Source of the DNA: Eledone cirrhosa
Taxonomy: Eukaryota
DNA: 64,000 nucleotides
Direction: 5' to 3'
NCBI GenBank assembly: GCA_964016885.1
Contig: OZ024746.1
Coordinates: 10,912,001 to 10,976,000 of the forward strand
Part shown: positions 26,853 through 39,235 of the stretch, piece after piece
How positions within the stretch are numbered: position 1 is the first letter of the stretch
Layout of the letters: each line of letters begins with the position of its first letter
Program-made: the position numbers and the translations under genes
The notes under the pieces: generated by a model
Database searches by the model: none
What the model was told of the DNA's origin: nothing
What the model saw: only the letters and a program-made list of their open reading frames with translations

Positions 26853-28247
26853 TCGTAAATCTCCTACTTTTACCGTGAGTAGATTTTTTTTTGAGAATAC
26901 CAGGTAAGTGACAGGATGATCAGTGGTTGATATATGTTGTAAACGTCCAATTGACCATTGATAAATAACCCAAATACTAAGTGTAAGTATTTACAAGCAG
27001 TTAATATAACTTCCTGCTGTGAGTAGTAGAATCTCTATGAAATAAATGAATGATTCATTAGCGTGCAGCGTTTAGTTTATTTCCACCAAAAAAAATAAAA
27101 GTTAGTTCTGAGAGAAACATTTATCTTCTATGAGCTATCCATCACGGAAATTGGTGATAATGAGTGTCCCAGGCTAGGACAGAGATCTGTGCAAGATATA
27201 AACAATGGACATATAACTTGTACATTATTCGTTATAAATGTTAGGTTTTTGACCAAACAGTTTATTTAAGTGTATTCACCCTTTAATCATTTGAAATCAT
27301 GTCTACCAACGTAAACTATGGAACAGCATAAAAAAACGACAAAAAACAAGAACTACTTTCGTATATCATAAATAAATTCAAAGAAAGATATTCGAATAAT
27401 ATTTTTTAGTTTTAATATTCATTTGAAAGTGTCTGTAGTGTTCACAACGGGAATATCAAATTGATATATTGTTTTTAAAATATGTACGCAGCAATAATCT
27501 GTAGGTTAGCATTTGAGGAGAACGCACCAAGCTTTAATTGGTCAAACGCCATAATAGTAGATTAGGAAGCGTCAAAGAAATATGCAACATTGACTAACAG
27601 ACATGAAAATTGTTCCTTTATGAAAGAAGAGTTCTTTAGATAATAAAACACATCTCTGAGAATATGAAATAAATATAAAACTATATTACAAAAGCTGATA
27701 AATAAGAAATTAATAGAAACTAGAAACAAAACCAAAAATATAACAGGAATCGATAAATTTAAAATAATCGTAAATAGTTGAAAATAAATTACATACACAT
27801 TAGGTAGAGATATAAAATATATGCGTGCTAAAACCAGTGAGTGTTTGATGGATGATATATAGATTATTCATATATATATTATACATATATATATATAATA
27901 TATATGGGGGTGGAGTGTAGATGCATACATACACACTAAACAATAGATAATAAATATAGATGAATGATTTGCCTAAATGACTGTAAAGCTGATTAAATAT
28001 GGAGGCAAAATGGTTTCGCCTGGAATTTTATGTAATTAGATGTGTTGTTATATGTATTAGTAGGTAGATAGGTTGGTTGGTGGTTATGTAGGTAGGTAGG
28101 TAGGTAGGTAGGTAGGTAGGTAGGTAGGTAGGTAGGTAATTGGTAGGTAGGTCGGTAGGTAGGTAGGTAGGTAAGTAGGTCGGTAGGTATTTAGGTAAGT
28201 AGATAGGTATTGGGAAATGTGTAAATATGTACAACACTGCATAGCTG

Positions 28248-29410
28248 TGTGTATGAATATATCTATGTATGGTGATATCTATGTGTATGAAGATATCTGT
28301 ATTATGAAGATATCTATGTATGAAGATATCTGTGTATGAAGATATCTGTGTATGAAGATATCTATGTATGGTGATATCTATGTGTATGAAGATATCTATG
28401 TATGAAGATATCTGTGTATGAAGATATCTGTGTATGATGATATCTGTGTATGATGATATCTAAGTGTATGAAGATATCCGTGTATGAAGATATCCGTGTA
28501 TGAAGATATCTGTGTATGAAGATATCTGTGTATGATGATATCTATGTGTTAAGATATCTATGTGTTAAGATATCTATGTGTATGAAGATATCTATGTATG
28601 AAGATATCAGTGTATGAAGATATCTGTGTATGAAGATATCTGTGTATGCAGATATCTATTTATTATGATATTTATGTATGATGATATATGTGTATGATGA
28701 TATATGTGCATGATGATATCTATGTATGATGATATCGCTGTGTGATGATATCTGTGTATGGTGATATCTGTATGTGTGAAGATATCTGTGTGTATCATGA
28801 TATCTGTGTATGGTGATATCTGTGTGTGTGAAGATATCTGTGTGTATGAAGATATCTGTTTATGAAGATATCTATGTGTATAACGATATATGTGTATGGT
28901 GATAGCTGCGTGTATGAAGATATCTGTGTATGATGAAATCTATGTGTATGAAGATATCTGTGTATGAAGATATCTGAGTGTATAACGATATCTGTGTCTG
29001 GCGATATCTATGTATGAAGATATCTATGTGTATGAAGATATCTATGTGTATAACGATATCTAAGTGTATTAACCATATCTGTGTATAACGATATTTGTGT
29101 ATGAAGATATCTGTGTGTATGGCGATATCTGTGTGTATGGCGATATCTGTGTGTATGGCGATATCTATGTGTATGGCGATATCTAAGTGTATAACGATAT
29201 CTGTGTATAACGATATCTGTGTGTATGGCGATATCTGTGTGTATGGCGATATCTGTGTGTATGGCGATATCTGTGTGTATGGCGATATCTGTGTGTATGG
29301 CGATATCTATGTGTATGGCGATATCTAAGTGTATAACGATATCTGTGTATAACGATATCTGTGTGTATGGCGATATCTGTGTGTATGGCGATATCTGTGT
29401 GTATATCCAT
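28248..29410. repeat. 16-18-bp minisatellite (TG)TGTATGAAGATATC
   Basis: More than 60 tandem units, most containing GATATC. Confidence 0.95.
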
Positions 29411-29807
29411 GTGTCAGTGAGACGGGAAGTGGCATGTGTTGATATGCCAATCTATTAGAATATCTGTTATACTGATATAGATAACATTATGAAAGGAATG
29501 GAATGATATATTCAGTAAAGAAATTATCGAATACAAAGAATAAATTTATCATTAAACTGTTGGGTAGACTAATCGATAAGGGAGATATTGATTGATATTG
29601 GCATATTGAGTAACTGTTTGTCTTTTTGTGGTGCGTTTATAAAAGGTTGTACACACACACAAACTAATACGTACACACATATACACATGCACGCACACAC
29701 ATACACAAACGAATACACGCACACACATACACACACACGCACATGCGCACACTCATACACACACACACACACGAATACATAGACATGCACATATAGAGAA
29801 ATATGTA

Positions 29808-30221
29808 GGTGGTGATGGTGGTGGTGGTGGTGATGATGGTGGTGGTGGTGATGGTGGTGATGGTGGTGGTGGTGGTGGTGGTGGTTGTGATGGTGGTGAT
29901 GGTGGTGGTGATGGTGGTGATGGTGGTGGTGGTGGTGATGGTGGTGATGGTGGTGGTGGTGGTGGTGGTGGTGGTGGTGGTGGTGGTGCTTATCCTCGTT
30001 TCCGTGGCGTGAAGCGACTGAGAGTACAAGACTACCTCCTGGACATGACGCCAGTCCATCGCAGGGTTAACCCACCCCCATCTATTGCTGGTACTCAATT
30101 TTAGCTGAGTGTACTGGAATAAGGTAAAATGAAGTGTTTTGCTCAAGAACACACAACACGCAACCCAGCTCGACCCCACGGCATTATGATCGTAAGTCAA
30201 ACACCCTTACCACTAGGCCAC
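29808..30221 (-). mobile_element. tRNA-derived SINE family 2 with expanded (ACC/ATC)n tail
   Basis: Minus strand GTGGCCTAGTGGTAAGG (A box)...TTCTTGAGCAAAACACTT...CCCTGCGATGGACTGGCGTC...GATAAGC, then (ACC)n at 29988-29808. Confidence 0.75.
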
Positions 30222-30918
30222 AATAAAGAACCTTTGGGGTTTAGGGGTTTGGAGTCGATTATATTTACTGGTACTTTATTGATCCCCAAAGCATAATAGA
30301 CAAACTTGACCTCACCCTGATGTGAACCTGTAAATATTTCTGCCCTATGAACTCTTCTTTGTGATATAAAGTCCTATGGACTTTCAAGTGATATAAATTA
30401 TGTAATGGACAATCTATGAGGATATATTGATGTTTGTTATTTCTGTTGAACAATTATATACAGTTGAAGCTAAATTTAACATTATTTCTATTAAATATTT
30501 TATATGTTATTGTTTGGAAAACCTTTATCTCATAAGTAAAAGAAATGTTTAGTGATAGATATACATACTTTGATGCATTTGAGGGTTTCTATTTTTACGT
30601 GTGTTAAAATTGGTGTTATCTACATGACTAATGTATATTTAAACTTATATCTTAATTCTTTGTAGTAAAAAGAGGCTACTTTGTAAAAAAAAGAGCCTGT
30701 CTAAAAAATACTGTATAACCATACTAAAAATGTCACTAAATTATTAATTATGGCGGGCAAAAGATTTGTCACTATACTTATGTATTATAAATTTTAATTT
30801 GGGGTATATATTCGTTTTTAAATCTGTTATATATAGAATATATTGTATAGTCTTACATACATACATAAACATATCATGCGTTCTTTTTCTCTATATGCAC
30901 ACACATACACATACACAC

Positions 30919-30955
<37 letters not shown>

Positions 30956-31024
30956 TATGAAGAGAGAAGAAACATTTAGATATAATTAGTAATAAAATGT
31001 ATCATACCTAAACTGCTCCTAGAT

Positions 31025-31114
31025 TCCTCGACTACGTAGTTTCGTGGCATAAACGAAAACAATACATCATAAAGATATAGAGTCCTTGCGAGGTCTGCCG
31101 ACTTATCAAGAGGA
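31025..31114 (-). ncRNA. Type I hammerhead ribozyme, U3-A8 variant with enlarged stem II
   Basis: Minus strand UCCUC-UUGAUAA-GUcGGCA..(~47 nt)..UGCCAC-GAAAC-UACGUA-GUC-GAGGA: 5-bp stem I, palindromic stem III ACUACGUAGU and a GUC cleavage triplet. Confidence 0.8.
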
Positions 31115-31242
31115 TACCTCATTTTATTAGTCTCAAGAACGCGTCTACACGACGTGAGAAAGAATCCCAAAAGGCGGAGGGGGAGATAGTCACGCGATAT
31201 AACGGTCGAGAAACAGAGCTAAGCAATATATATATATATATA

Positions 31243-31302
<60 letters not shown>

Positions 31303-31504
31303 ATTTATTTATTTATGTTCATACACAGAACAAAAGCGCTACCTAAAGTTTCAAGGCCCAATATTGAACATGTTTCCAGAGTATAAGAAGGGTAATCATT
31401 GTGACCTATCTTCCGTCGCTTATACGCGTTTGTAAGTTACCGTTAAAAGTAAAGCGTACTAACATTTCTCTATCTTTCAATGTCTTCTTATATTTTTCAA
31501 TATA

Positions 31505-31540
31505 TTTTCTGATGAAGGACTGGCATCCGAAGCGTTAAGG
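31505..31540 (+). ncRNA. Degenerate minimal hammerhead
   Basis: UUUU-CUGAUGA-aGGA(CUGGCA)UCC-GAAGCGUU-AAGG; GAAA is mutated to GAAG. Confidence 0.45.
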
Positions 31541-31606
31541 CTTTTCCTACAATATTGAACGCGAAATAAATATATATCTTCATTGCACTTCTGTTTTTCG
31601 GTTAAT

Positions 31607-31730
<124 letters not shown>

Positions 31731-31873
31731 TCCATGCAGTCATACAGGCATGCATGCATACATACATAAATACATACATGCATGCATGCATGAATGCATA
31801 CATACATACATACCAACATTCATACATAGAGGTATAGGTATATACACAGAGAGATAGAGAGAGAAAAGAGAAA

Positions 31874-32201
31874 TAATTGTTTCTACTTTTTTGGTACAAG
31901 ACCAGCAAATACCCCAGTGTATTACTGGTGCTTTATTTACTCGATGTTGCAAAGCATGGTGTCTGAAGCTGTACTAATTCGCCAGTCCACTGCCCTGAAA
32001 AGAGAAATGAGAAATAATTTTTTCTACTTTTGGCACAAGGCCAGCAATTAAACCAGTGCATTACTGGTACTTTATTTTATCGACCCCATAAGGATGAAAG
32101 GCAAAGTTAACGTCGGCGGGATTAGAACTCAGACTGTGAAGGGCCCTAACTCTATGCTGCAAAGTATGGCGTCCGACCCTCTACCGATACTGCCAATCCA
32201 C
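31874..32201 (-). mobile_element. Two SINE family 1 copies (one internally deleted)
   Basis: Consensus matches at ~31874-31996 and 32014-32201. Confidence 0.8.
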
Positions 32202-32891
32202 AATGTGAGAAAGGTAGTCAGTAATAAATAGAGATTGATTATATGAATTCAATTACACCTATTGGTGACGCACATAGACACACACATATTCTACATTTTT
32301 GGAGAGTATCTCCATATTTCAAATTAAAAATGTTCTTAATATATGTAAATGTAAAGCTGTAATCATGATTACAACGGAGATATGATGATGAATATATAAT
32401 ATAAGACCAAATTTCCGATCTTTCGAGCTGAAGAATGATCAGAAATCATATGTTGTAAATTCTCTCTCTAAAGTATATGATTAAGATAACATATTTTCAA
32501 AATATTTCCGACTTAAGAGACTTACTTATAATTCATAAGTTTTATAAATCGAACGATGGCGTCCATTTAATTGTTCACATTAAACGCTGAGAAACGCTAA
32601 CAAATGTGTTTATACGTTTATGGTGTTTTAGTTTTGTGCGCTTATTTTTTGTTCGGTAATTTTTCAACTGCATCACTTTACATGAAATCTATTTTATGGC
32701 CAATAAAATATGGCAGATTTTGTCTAGAGATTTCTTTGCTGATTAAAAGTAATTCATATTCATTTTATTTTTCTAGCGGGCTATCCGTAAAATTATTCTT
32801 ATCAATATCAAATGCTTCTAACGATATGTTGTATATATATATATGTATATATATATATATGTATATGTATATATATGTGTCTATATATATG

Positions 32892-32998
<107 letters not shown>

Positions 32999-33103
32999 TT
33001 ATATATATATGTATATATATATATGTATATATATGTATATATAATATATATATATATAGAGAGAGAAAGAGAAAGAGAGAGAGAAATATATGTATATAAT
33101 ATG

Positions 33104-33239
<136 letters not shown>

Positions 33240-33250
33240 TATATGTATAT

Positions 33251-33294
<44 letters not shown>

Positions 33295-33978
33295 ACTCAC
33301 ATATATTGTATATATATATATATACTTAAACATATATAGACATACATTTATGTATGTATGTATATATGTATATATATACGGTTGTATATATATATATATG
33401 AATGATTTATGAGGCATGTTATGTATATGATATGTTCTACAAAATTCCATGTTTAGAAGCGATAAGTACTGGAAGACTTGGAACCAATTAACAGATGAAC
33501 ATAGTTTGCAACTATTTATCAAAATTGGAAATGATCTTGGGAAAAGAGGAATATAAAAACAACACTTTTCTCGGTTTCTTTCTTATTATTAACCTTTTGA
33601 TGTCTTCTGCCTTGTCAAAAGAGGAGGAATATCCAATATCAACAAATACGAAACAAAATTAATTTATCAGACATGAAACTATATTTTTCTCTGATTAATC
33701 AATATAATATTTTGACGAATCTTGTATTGAAATGATGATGGTAAATTCTCTATAAATGTTACAAACATTTGGAGTCAACTTGGACAGTAAAAATTCTTTA
33801 CTTGATTTCCGGAATTTAAGCCCCAACAAAGAGGGATTCTGTCTTAAATTGTGATATCTGTCGCAGTCGATTGAATTATTTTCCACTCAACATATTTATA
33901 ATCTGAGACTCTACTACACATCATGCATAACCTCCCCCTTAAGTATTTACGCTTTAAACCTTTGTACCACTCCCACAC

Positions 33979-34047
<69 letters not shown>

Positions 34048-34174
34048 AGAGAGTGTGTGTGGAGTTTTCTTGAGTGTTCTAATGATCCCTAATTCTATTA
34101 TGAAAATCAAAGTGAAATAAAGTGTCTTGTTCAAGAACACAAAGCGCTGCTTGGTCTAGGAATACGCACACATG

Positions 34175-34213
<39 letters not shown>

Positions 34214-34217
34214 ATAA

Positions 34218-34700
34218 ACGTTTGTATTTGTAAAGCCAAAACAATGCAGGTATGGACATAGAATAAAAATGAAAATGCAAAAGATATTGTTGACAATTAG
34301 TCTTTTACCTTAAATTTATTTAAATGTCCTTAATTTTCGAGATAATATCTCTTCTTCGGAGGGAAGTAAAGCGGTTAAACCAGTGTTCTAAATAGCTTGC
34401 CAAGTCATGCTGACAGGAAATTGTATAGAGTATCTGTTCTATCTCTAATGTCAAAGAGTTAAGGTTAGGTGGATAAAGAGTAGTCTCCCTTTAAAAAGGG
34501 TTTTGCACATGTATGTTTAAGTGTGTGGGAGAATAAGTGAAGGTGTAAGTATGTGTGTGTGTGTGAGTGTGAGAAGTGTGTGTGAGTGTGAGAAGATATG
34601 TCTATAGGTAAATGTGGGGGATAGATGCTATCTCGTGTTAGAACTGGTCTTTGTGTGTGTATGTGTGTGTGAGAGAGAATAAGTGGAGGTGTAAGCGCGC

Positions 34701-34742
<42 letters not shown>

Positions 34743-35330
34743 GCGCGTGCGTGTGTGTGGGAGGGGGTGTAAGTATGGGGCTAGATGCTCTATCAAGTTA
34801 TAAATTGGGTGTTGAGTTCTAGTCTATTATTGATTGGTGGTTGTGTTTTGTCTATAATTAGTGCTTCCTTAATTCTAAGATTGCCGAGGTTTCTTTCCTT
34901 AGTTTCTATCCTAACTGTTATGGTTTTGTCGGTGTTTTTGCATTTCACTAGGTGTTTCTTAAATGAGGAAGCGTTAGTATTGAGGTGTTCTTTTATTCTT
35001 ATGTGAAGTGGTCTGGAGGTGCTACCTACGTAGAAGTTGCTGCATTTGCCGCACTCTAGTCTGTATACGACGTAAGCCTAGTGGCATAGGTCTGTGTCGT
35101 TGATGGGGCAGTTTATTAGCCTGCAGCGGTTGTCATGTCTGGTAGAGTGTCTTTTGGTTAGCTGTCCTGAGTGGGCTAGTTGGACATCTAGTCCCTCTCG
35201 TCTGATAGCTCTGCGGATGGCTGTTGTTGTTTCGTCACTGAAGTGTGGGAGCTTCAGGAAGCAAGTGTTAGTGCCTCCGGTGTGGTGTCCTCTGTTCTTT
35301 CTAGCACGGTTTGTGGTGGATGTCGTTTCG
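34218..35330 (-). mobile_element. 5'-truncated Penelope-like element: GIY-YIG endonuclease plus 3' pLTR
   Basis: Frame ~35330-34793 reads LKLPHFSDE...CRLINCPINDTDLCH*AYVVYRLECGKCSNFYVGSTSRPLHIRIKEH...NLRIKEALII...PPINNR, with one in-frame TAG. The downstream UTR ends in (TA)n. Confidence 0.9.
34327..34364 (-). ncRNA. Minimal hammerhead in the PLE pLTR (U4C substitution)
   Basis: Minus strand CCU-CCGAAGA-aGAGAU(AUU)AUCUC-GAAAAUUA-AGG. Confidence 0.55.
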
Positions 35331-35392
35331 ACGGCTATTTCAGAAATAGCCGTCGAAACGGCTTGAGCTCTGCCGTCGGGGTCATACATTTT

Positions 35393-35504
<112 letters not shown>

Positions 35505-35597
35505 AAGTAATTCCGTCGGAAAGGTCTGGGAAAAAAGAGTGCTCTATGTAAGTTACAGAGCTTATTAGTTATGTAATAAACAACATAAGATAATTAT

Positions 35598-35655
35598 TTC
35601 ATTTACCAGTGGTTTCTTGAAAGCAACCAAAATTGCTTTCATTCATCAGAATGAA
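35598..35655 (-). ncRNA. Type I hammerhead ribozyme, family B
   Basis: Minus strand UUCAUU-CUGAUGA-aUGAAAGCAA..UUGCUUUCAa-GAAACC(ACU)GGUA-AAUGAA. Confidence 0.85.
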
Positions 35656-35936
35656 AAAATCCTGGTGTCTTTATTAACAGTGGATTTGAAAAACAAAACA
35701 TTTAACAGATATGACAGTGAGGCTGGAAAAAAAGGGGTGGGGAATAATAAATAAGAATATATAACAACACACACGTACACACACGCACACACACGCACAC
35801 ACGCACATACACTCACAAAAACACACATATATACATATATATATACATATATACACGCATATATACACATATATATACAGAGACACATATACACACACAT
35901 ACATATATATATCCATACATAAACGCACCAACATAT

Positions 35937-35993
<57 letters not shown>

Positions 35994-36211
35994 TATATAC
36001 ACATATATATATATACATGCACACACATACATACATATACATATATACATATACACATATACATATATATACACATACACTTGTGTTTATGTGAGTGTGT
36101 GTGCGTGTGTGTGTGTACGTGTGTGTTGTTATATATTCTTATTTATTATTCTCCCACCTCCCTTTTTTTTCCTCCAGCCTCACTTTCATATCTGTTAAAT
36201 TTTAGGATTTT

Positions 36212-36269
36212 TTCATTCTGATGAATGAAAGCAACTTTGGTTGCTTTCAAGAAACCACTGGTAAATGAA
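36212..36269 (+). ncRNA. Type I hammerhead ribozyme, family B
   Basis: UUCAUU-CUGAUGA-aUGAAAGCAAC(UUUG)GUUGCUUUCAa-GAAACC(ACU)GGUA-AAUGAA. Confidence 0.85.
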
Positions 36270-36295
36270 ATAATTATCTTATGTTGTTTATTACA

Positions 36296-36373
<78 letters not shown>

Positions 36374-36419
36374 CATGTGTGTATATGTGTGTGCGTACGC
36401 ATTTATTATTATTCTGTGG

Positions 36420-36594
36420 AAAGGTAGAGGGTCGGACGCTATGCTTTGCAGCAAAGAGTTACGGCCCTTTATGGTCTGAGTTCAAATCCCGCCCAGGTTA
36501 ACTTTGCCTTTCATCCTTACGGGGCCGATAAAATAAAGTACCAGTAATGCACTGGGATAATTGCCGGCCTTGTGCCAAAAGTAGAAATAATTAT
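36420..36594 (+). mobile_element. SINE family 1 copy
   Basis: Consensus match. Confidence 0.85.
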
Positions 36595-36599
36595 TATTC

Positions 36600-37075
36600 T
36601 CCGGAAAACCTATTTTGTAGGATCCAACTGGTCAGAATTAAAAGGAAAACTGAAGACATGATGGAGGGAGAGTCATTGTGGCTTTATTCCTAGTTGAGGT
36701 ACATCCGATGCCATTTATTTAGTAAGATTATTAGACAGAGAGCCCTATTGAAGATCATTGAAGCAATAATTGTAAGCCCCATGATACTGCAAGTTATAGA
36801 ATAGTGATTGACAATCAGCTGACGGTTGAGTTTGTAGTGTTTTGACTCTGAGACTAGGATGGTTGCTATCGCTCATCTTTTTCAATATCTTCTTGGAATT
36901 TGTCATAAAGGAACTGAATCCTGACAATGACTGACACTCTCTTCAGAAATATTAGATATGCTGACAAGAAGACGTTAAAAACCACAATATATGACAACTT
37001 GACAATATGAAGTAAGTAGTTAGAGGAAGTTTGTAAAAGGTGGGACATGGAAATGTAAGATCCTGTCATCTAGCA
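36600..37075 (+). pseudogene. Degenerate RTE-like LINE RT fragment
   Basis: HCGFIPS*GTSDAIYLVR, LRLGWLLSLIFFNIFLEFVIKE and NIRYAD motifs. Confidence 0.65.
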
Positions 37076-37128
37076 AGGAAATAATCGTAATGACCACGCA
37101 TACATATATATACGCACACACATTCACA

Positions 37129-37202
<74 letters not shown>

Positions 37203-37303
37203 CATACACTCACACTCACACTCTTACACACATACACACAGATATATATATATATATAAGAGAGTATTGAAGTTTGCTTGAAGCATTGTGGAACAATAAG
37301 TAA

Positions 37304-37691
37304 ATATCTTTAAGTCGTTTGGAAGCCTCGACAATGCAAATGGGTAAATCTCCGGGTAACAAGGTCCGGTGGTGGAGAGAGAGATGTAAGTGGGTGTACG
37401 TTGAGATGCGTGGTGTGTATAAGATGTGTGAGATGTGTAGAATGAAGGGAAGAGTATAAAGGATAAAAATAAAAATAACAACACAAGAGAGAGTTACCTT
37501 GGGAGAGATTTAATAGTCCCTATATATTTCGGATTCACATCCATCAACTAGGGTTTTTTTCCGGGGTGGGGGAAAATGTTGTCTGTCGGACAAATCTCAA
37601 CGTACACCCACTTACATCTCTCTCTCCACCACCGGACCTTGTTACCCGGAGATTTACCCATTTGCATTGTCGAGGCTTCCAAACGACTTAA

Positions 37692-37697
<6 letters not shown>
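37304..37697. repeat. Inverted repeat: ~104-bp arms with ~186-bp spacer
   Basis: 37304-37407 is the reverse complement of 37594-37697; the right arm ends in (TA)n. Confidence 0.9.
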
Positions 37698-37740
<43 letters not shown>

Positions 37741-37744
<4 letters not shown>

Positions 37745-37931
37745 AGTAAGTAAGACCCCGACGGCTGAGCTCAAGCCGTTTCGACGGCTAATTCTGTACA
37801 GAATTAGCCGTCGAAACGGCTTGAGCTCAGCCGTCGGGGTCTTACTTACTCCTATTACCCACTCTACTTCCCTAAGTATTGAATACTTTGGTGCGTTATG
37901 GTCCACCTGGTTCCTTACCACTTTTCCTTCG

Positions 37932-37935
<4 letters not shown>
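37741..37935. mobile_element. Family C element: perfect 114-bp palindrome plus tail, in (TA)n
   Basis: Palindrome 37741-37854 centred on TGT|ACA; related pieces at 35325-35395 and 56265-56362. Confidence 0.9.
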
Positions 37936-37986
<51 letters not shown>

Positions 37987-38679
37987 TATATATATATACA
38001 TATATACATATATACACACACTCACATTCGTTCACACATACACAATACACAAACACACACATATCATCACCGTTTTACGTCCGTTCTTCCATGCTAGCAT
38101 ATATATATATATATATATATGCGTGCGTATATACGTTGTGTGTGTATGTGTATGTATGTGTGTGTGTGTGCGTGTGTTTATTTAAAATGGCTGTTGATCC
38201 TGCCATTTGGATGTTAGACTCAGTGTCAACATATAAAAAAGACAACACTTACTTTAATCCTCATTCTGGAGTGAAAATCCTACTTCAAATAAAGCTTAGT
38301 CTTTTTCTGTTCACAGAATACAGAAAGACGAACTCTTTATTTTTGTTTCAGATTTTTCAACATTCAAGATATAATTTTACGAACGTGGACGGCAAGCATC
38401 TCTATACTATTCTAGAAGCGATAACTAAAACCTCAGTTTTTGGGGCCAACACAGTGTCGTATCTGCCGTAGTTTGACATGCTATAAATTGCAGTCAAAAT
38501 GTTCTCATATACATTCATATTACATTTTAAAATATGTAGTCCAAGATACACTCTGTTTGAGTATATTGGTAAAGACCGGAACGACTTTGATCACGGGTTT
38601 GCTCGATCAGACCCGAGCTAGGGCTAAACAAAAGCAACACCAATTTATTCAAACAGTCTCACCTCTTGATGATCTTATT

Positions 38680-39235
38680 AAAGTATGTAATGAGATGGTC
38701 TTATTAAAATATGTAATTAAATGGTCTTATTAAAATGTATAATGAGATGGTCTTATGTAATGAGATGATCTTATTAAAATATGTAATGATCTTATTAAAA
38801 TATTAAAATGTGTAATGAGATGGTCTTATTAAGATGTGTAATGAGATGGTCTTATTAAGATGTGTAATGAGATGGTCTTATTAAAATATGTAATTAAATG
38901 GTCTTATTAAAATGTGTAATGAGATGGTCTTATTAAAATATGTAATTAAATGGTCTTATTAAAATGTGTAATGAGATGGTCTTATTAAAATGTGTAATGA
39001 GATGGTCTTATTAAGATGTGTAATGAGATGGTCTTATTAAAATGTGTAATGAGATGGTCTTATTAAAATGTGTAATGAGATGGTCTTATTAAAATGTGTA
39101 ATGAGATGGTCTTATTAAGATGTGTAATGAGATGGTCTTATTAAGATGTGTAATGAGATGGTCTTATTAAAATGTGTAATGAGATGGTCTTATTAAGATG
39201 TGTAATGAGATGGTCTTATTAAAATATGTAATGGG
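38680..39235. repeat. 26-bp minisatellite AAAATGTGTAATGAGATGGTCTTATT
   Basis: About 21 tandem units. Confidence 0.95.

Noticed and set aside
35078-35080. Selenocysteine readthrough in the PLE GIY-YIG frame
   Set aside because: The in-frame stop is TAG, not TGA; it is most likely a disabling mutation.
38680-39235. CRISPR-like regular repeats (also 28248-29410, 41236-41560, 58520-59190)
   Set aside because: Units are contiguous with no unique spacers, there are no cas genes, and the context is eukaryotic.
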